Part shown: in pieces, positions 38,239-38,989 of the stretch
Position numbering within the stretch: the stretch's first letter is position 1
How the letters are laid out: every line of letters begins with the position of its first letter
Source: an uncultured Candidatus Saccharibacteria bacterium
GTDB lineage: Bacteria > Patescibacteriota > Minisyncoccia > UBA6257 > UBA9933
NCBI GenBank assembly: GCA_964642155.1
Contig: CAZXNT010000001.1
Coordinates: forward strand, 131,238 to 170,226
Reading direction: 5' to 3'
Length of the DNA stretch: 38,989 bases
Notes under the pieces: generated by a model
Databases searched by the model: none
Seen by the model: the letters and a program-made list of their open reading frames with translations, nothing else
What the model was told of the DNA's origin: nothing
Position numbers and translations under genes: made by a program

Positions 38239-38965
38239 ATTTTATTATAAATATGTTGCCACTCAAACTTCCCAACTTTACGGTGAGGCGAATTTGGAAA
38301 ACATAAAAAAACAATTCGTCATTTGGAGAAAATATTTCGGCGAATTTTTACCAGAAAATAAAAATGTGAAAATTATTGAACTGGGCTGTGGCAACGGTGG
38401 ATTTGTTTATTGGCTTCAATTTTTGGGATATTTAAGTGCGGGAGGTGTTGATATAAGCGAAGAACAAGTAAAAATAGCCGAAAAATTGGGAATAAAAAAT
38501 ATAAACAAGGCGGATTTAACAACTTTTCTCGGCAAGAAAGAAAAATTTTATGATATTATTTTTATGCGGGATGTTTTGGAACATTTTAGCAAGGATGAAA
38601 TTCTGGAAATTTTGGATTTGGTTTTTCAATCTTTAAATGTCGGCGGCAAAGTGATTATTCAGGCACCCAACGCGGAAAATCTTTTAAACGGAAGACTGCG
38701 ATACGGCGATTTTACTCATGAAATTAGTTTTACGGAAAGTAGCGCGCGGCAATTATTGTCTGTTTGTGGATTTGGCGATATTGAAATTTACGGCGCAGAG
38801 CCGGTTATTCACGGCTTCAAATCTTTCGTTCGCTATTGTTTATGGAAATGCATTGAACATTGTTTGCGCTTTTATCTTTTGATTGAAACTGGCAGCGGCA
38901 AAGGAATTTTTACGCAGAATATTATTATAAAAGCATGTTTTAACCACAGACATTTTGCACTTTAA
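38222..38965 (+). CDS. Class I SAM-dependent methyltransferase
   Basis: IELGCGNG, GVDIS, DVLEH, GDFTH. Confidence 0.9.
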   Translation: MNYRDKFYYKYVATQTSQLYGEANLENIKKQFVIWRKYFGEFLPENKNVKIIELGCGNGGFVYWLQFLGYLSAGGVDISEEQVKIAEKLGIKNINKADLTTFLGKKEKFYDIIFMRDVLEHFSKDEILEILDLVFQSLNVGGKVIIQAPNAENLLNGRLRYGDFTHEISFTESSARQLLSVCGFGDIEIYGAEPVIHGFKSFVRYCLWKCIEHCLRFYLLIETGSGKGIFTQNIIIKACFNHRHFAL

Positions 38966-38989
38966 ATAATCTAAGGATTTCATTCGGCG

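Noticed and set aside
1-38989. Alternative genetic code (TGA=Gly)
   Set aside because: Conserved genes are full length under code 11 and TGA ends 19795-20343

Overview
Low-GC bacterial chromosome segment around the replication origin (pilB-dnaA-dnaN). The gene set and style suggest Patescibacteria/Parcubacteria (inference); standard genetic code. Housekeeping genes (copA, ruvB, ruvC, PBP1A, ftsK, recA, folD, split phosphomannomutase, cysteine desulfurase, clpB) are followed by a large surface-protein gene and O-antigen-ligase-like genes. The most striking feature is a dense layer of small repeat elements. A four-helix-bundle (Avd-like) gene sits between inverted arrays of 7-bp repeats and splits one ligase/TPR gene, while the paralog carries the same inverted arrays, empty and in frame, at the equivalent site. 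Further 7/8-bp arrays and twin-hairpin inserts lie in frame inside recA, folD, ftsK, iscS and manB. Also seen: a TA islet flanked by a 62-bp duplication of the copA 3' end, an inverted-repeat-flanked GIY-YIG gene, a stand-alone LAGLIDADG gene, a probable orphan DGR target, and several structured non-coding RNA candidates. Products were assigned by motif recognition only; no searches were run.
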